From contig CAWDAN010000006.1 of the NCBI GenBank assembly GCA_963800335.1, forward strand, positions 13,659 to 77,658: DNA of 64,000 nt. The letters run 5' to 3'. Positions 63,112 to 64,000 of this stretch are shown in pieces; the stretch's first letter is position 1; each line of letters opens with the position of its first letter. Source of the stretch: an uncultured Alphaproteobacteria bacterium (GTDB taxonomy: Bacteria > Pseudomonadota > Alphaproteobacteria > Sphingomonadales > Sphingomonadaceae). The notes under the pieces are model-generated. The model was not told where the DNA came from. It was given only the letters and a program-made list of their open reading frames with translations, and ran no database searches. A program made the position numbers and the translations under genes.

Positions 63112-63505
63112 ATGAACATCTTCGACATATCGGGCCGTGCCATGTCGGCGCAACTCGCCCGCATGAACACCACTGCATCGAACCTCGCCAACGCCCGAAC
63201 GAGCTACGGCAGCGCGGCGGAGGCCTATCGCGCGCTCAAAGCCGGTGTTCCGTTCGGTCAGCGGCGGCGACGGCATCGCGACGGTCGATGTCCAGAAGAT
63301 CGTCCGGTCGAACGTCGAACCCAAGATGCGCCACGATCCGACCAATCCGGTCGCCGACGCCGATGGCAATGTCTGGGACGCAGGCGTCGATGAGGCCTCC
63401 GAGCTGATCGATATGCTCGAAACCGCACGCCAGTATCAAAACAACGTCCAGGTTCTGCAGACCGCAAAGTCGCTGATCCTCGACACAGTAAGGATGGGCA
63501 AATGA
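63112..63505 (+). pseudogene. flgC: flagellar basal-body rod protein FlgC, reading frame broken near 63238-63240
   Basis: The N-terminal 43 aa are in ORF 63112.. (MNIFDISGRAMSAQLARMNTTASNLANARTS...YRALK). The rest is in ORF 63245..63505 (VFRSVSGG...HDPTNPVADADGNVW...ELIDMLETARQYQNNVQVLQTAKSL). Dropping one A from CTCAAAGCC gives ...RALKPVFRSV. Confidence 0.85.
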
Positions 63506-64000
63506 GCACTATTCCAAACAGCCTTCCGGCCGGACTGACCATGGCCCAGCCGGCCAACGCCACCGGTGGCGGCTCGCTCGACCAGAATTCGTTCCTGCGC
63601 CTGATGACCGCGCAGCTGAAATACCAGGACCCGTTCAAGCCGGTCGACAACCAGGCGATGGTTGGGCAGATGGCCCAGTTCTCGTCGGTTGCCGGCATCA
63701 CCGAGATGAACAAGTCGCTCAAGGGCATCGCCGATGCCTTTGCCGGCAGCCGCCTGTCCGAAGCAACGCAGTTCATCGGCAAGTCGGTACTTGCCGAAGG
63801 CAATGTCGCGGCAATGGATGCCAACGGCCTCTATCGCGGCGAGCTGACGCTGGCTGGTCCGACCGACTCGCTGACGATCGAACTCGTCGACGAGGCGGGC
63901 AACGTCCGCCGCTCGGCCACCGCCGGTCCGGTCGAAGCGGGCCAGGTCCCGTTCGCCTTCCAGAGCCTCGACGAAAACGGCCAGCCGCTCGATTTCGGCC
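63502..64000 (+). CDS. flgD: flagellar hook assembly (capping) protein FlgD, N-terminal 166 aa (3' end outside the window)
   Basis: ATG 63502 (ATGA overlap with flgC). My own translation gives MSTIPNSLPAGL...LDQNSFLRLMTAQLKYQDPFKPVDNQAMVGQMAQFSSV, the FlgD signature. Not in the ORF track because no stop is reached. Confidence 0.88.
   Translation, partial: MSTIPNSLPAGLTMAQPANATGGGSLDQNSFLRLMTAQLKYQDPFKPVDNQAMVGQMAQFSSVAGITEMNKSLKGIADAFAGSRLSEATQFIGKSVLAEGNVAAMDANGLYRGELTLAGPTDSLTIELVDEAGNVRRSATAGPVEAGQVPFAFQSLDENGQPLDFG

Noticed and set aside
63777-63796. CGGCAA-N8-TTGCCG inside flgD
   Set aside because: The spacing differs (8 rather than 4) and it lies within conserved coding sequence (IGKSVLAEG). 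It is most likely coincidental.

Overview
High-GC alphaproteobacterial chromosome segment, sphingomonad-like by gene content (inference). It is densely coding, and I saw no rRNA, tRNA, CRISPR array, transposase or integrase. Left part (1-8 kb): the 3' end of argS, a SPOR protein, nagZ, scpAB and tatABC. A small minus-strand stress islet follows. It holds a 42-aa entericidin-family lipoprotein ORF that is too short for the ORF track, and a candidate sRNA of about 105 nt with two C-rich hairpin loops. Each sits behind an EcfG-type GGAAC-N16-(C/G)GTT promoter. Two uncharacterised membrane proteins come next. 8-27 kb: a complete dcw cluster, mraZ-rsmH-ftsL-ftsI-murE-murF-mraY-murD-ftsW-murG-murC-murB-ddl-ftsQ-ftsA-ftsZ, with ATGA/GTGA start-stop overlaps at most junctions. 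27-36 kb: a TPR+SPOR protein, a dGTPase-like HD protein, a DUF1674 mini-protein, rsmB, a REP-like palindrome, a cobalamin riboswitch controlling a BtuB-type TonB receptor plus a 6-TM protein, and an HD-GYP protein. 36-64 kb: a flagellar regulon. It contains two sigma-54 enhancer-binding proteins without recognisable receiver domains, fliE-to-flhB, fliDS, three tandem flagellin genes, fliA, flhA, a lytic transglycosylase, flgN-like/flgM/flgA, a compact MotA/MotB-like pair and flgBCD. A two-tier promoter logic can be read directly from the DNA: four exact TGGCACG-N4-TTGC (sigma-54) sites and six T(T/A)AA-N15-GCCGT (sigma-28) sites. The items most worth follow-up are the EcfG-driven sRNA candidate, the compact stator pair, and a CGGCAA-N4-TTGCCG palindrome family found only in flagellar control regions. 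Caveat: four genes (rsmH, the murF start, murB, flgC) are each broken by what looks like a single extra base. Two of them are essential, so assembly indel error is the most economical explanation. Homopolymer lengths elsewhere should be treated with caution.
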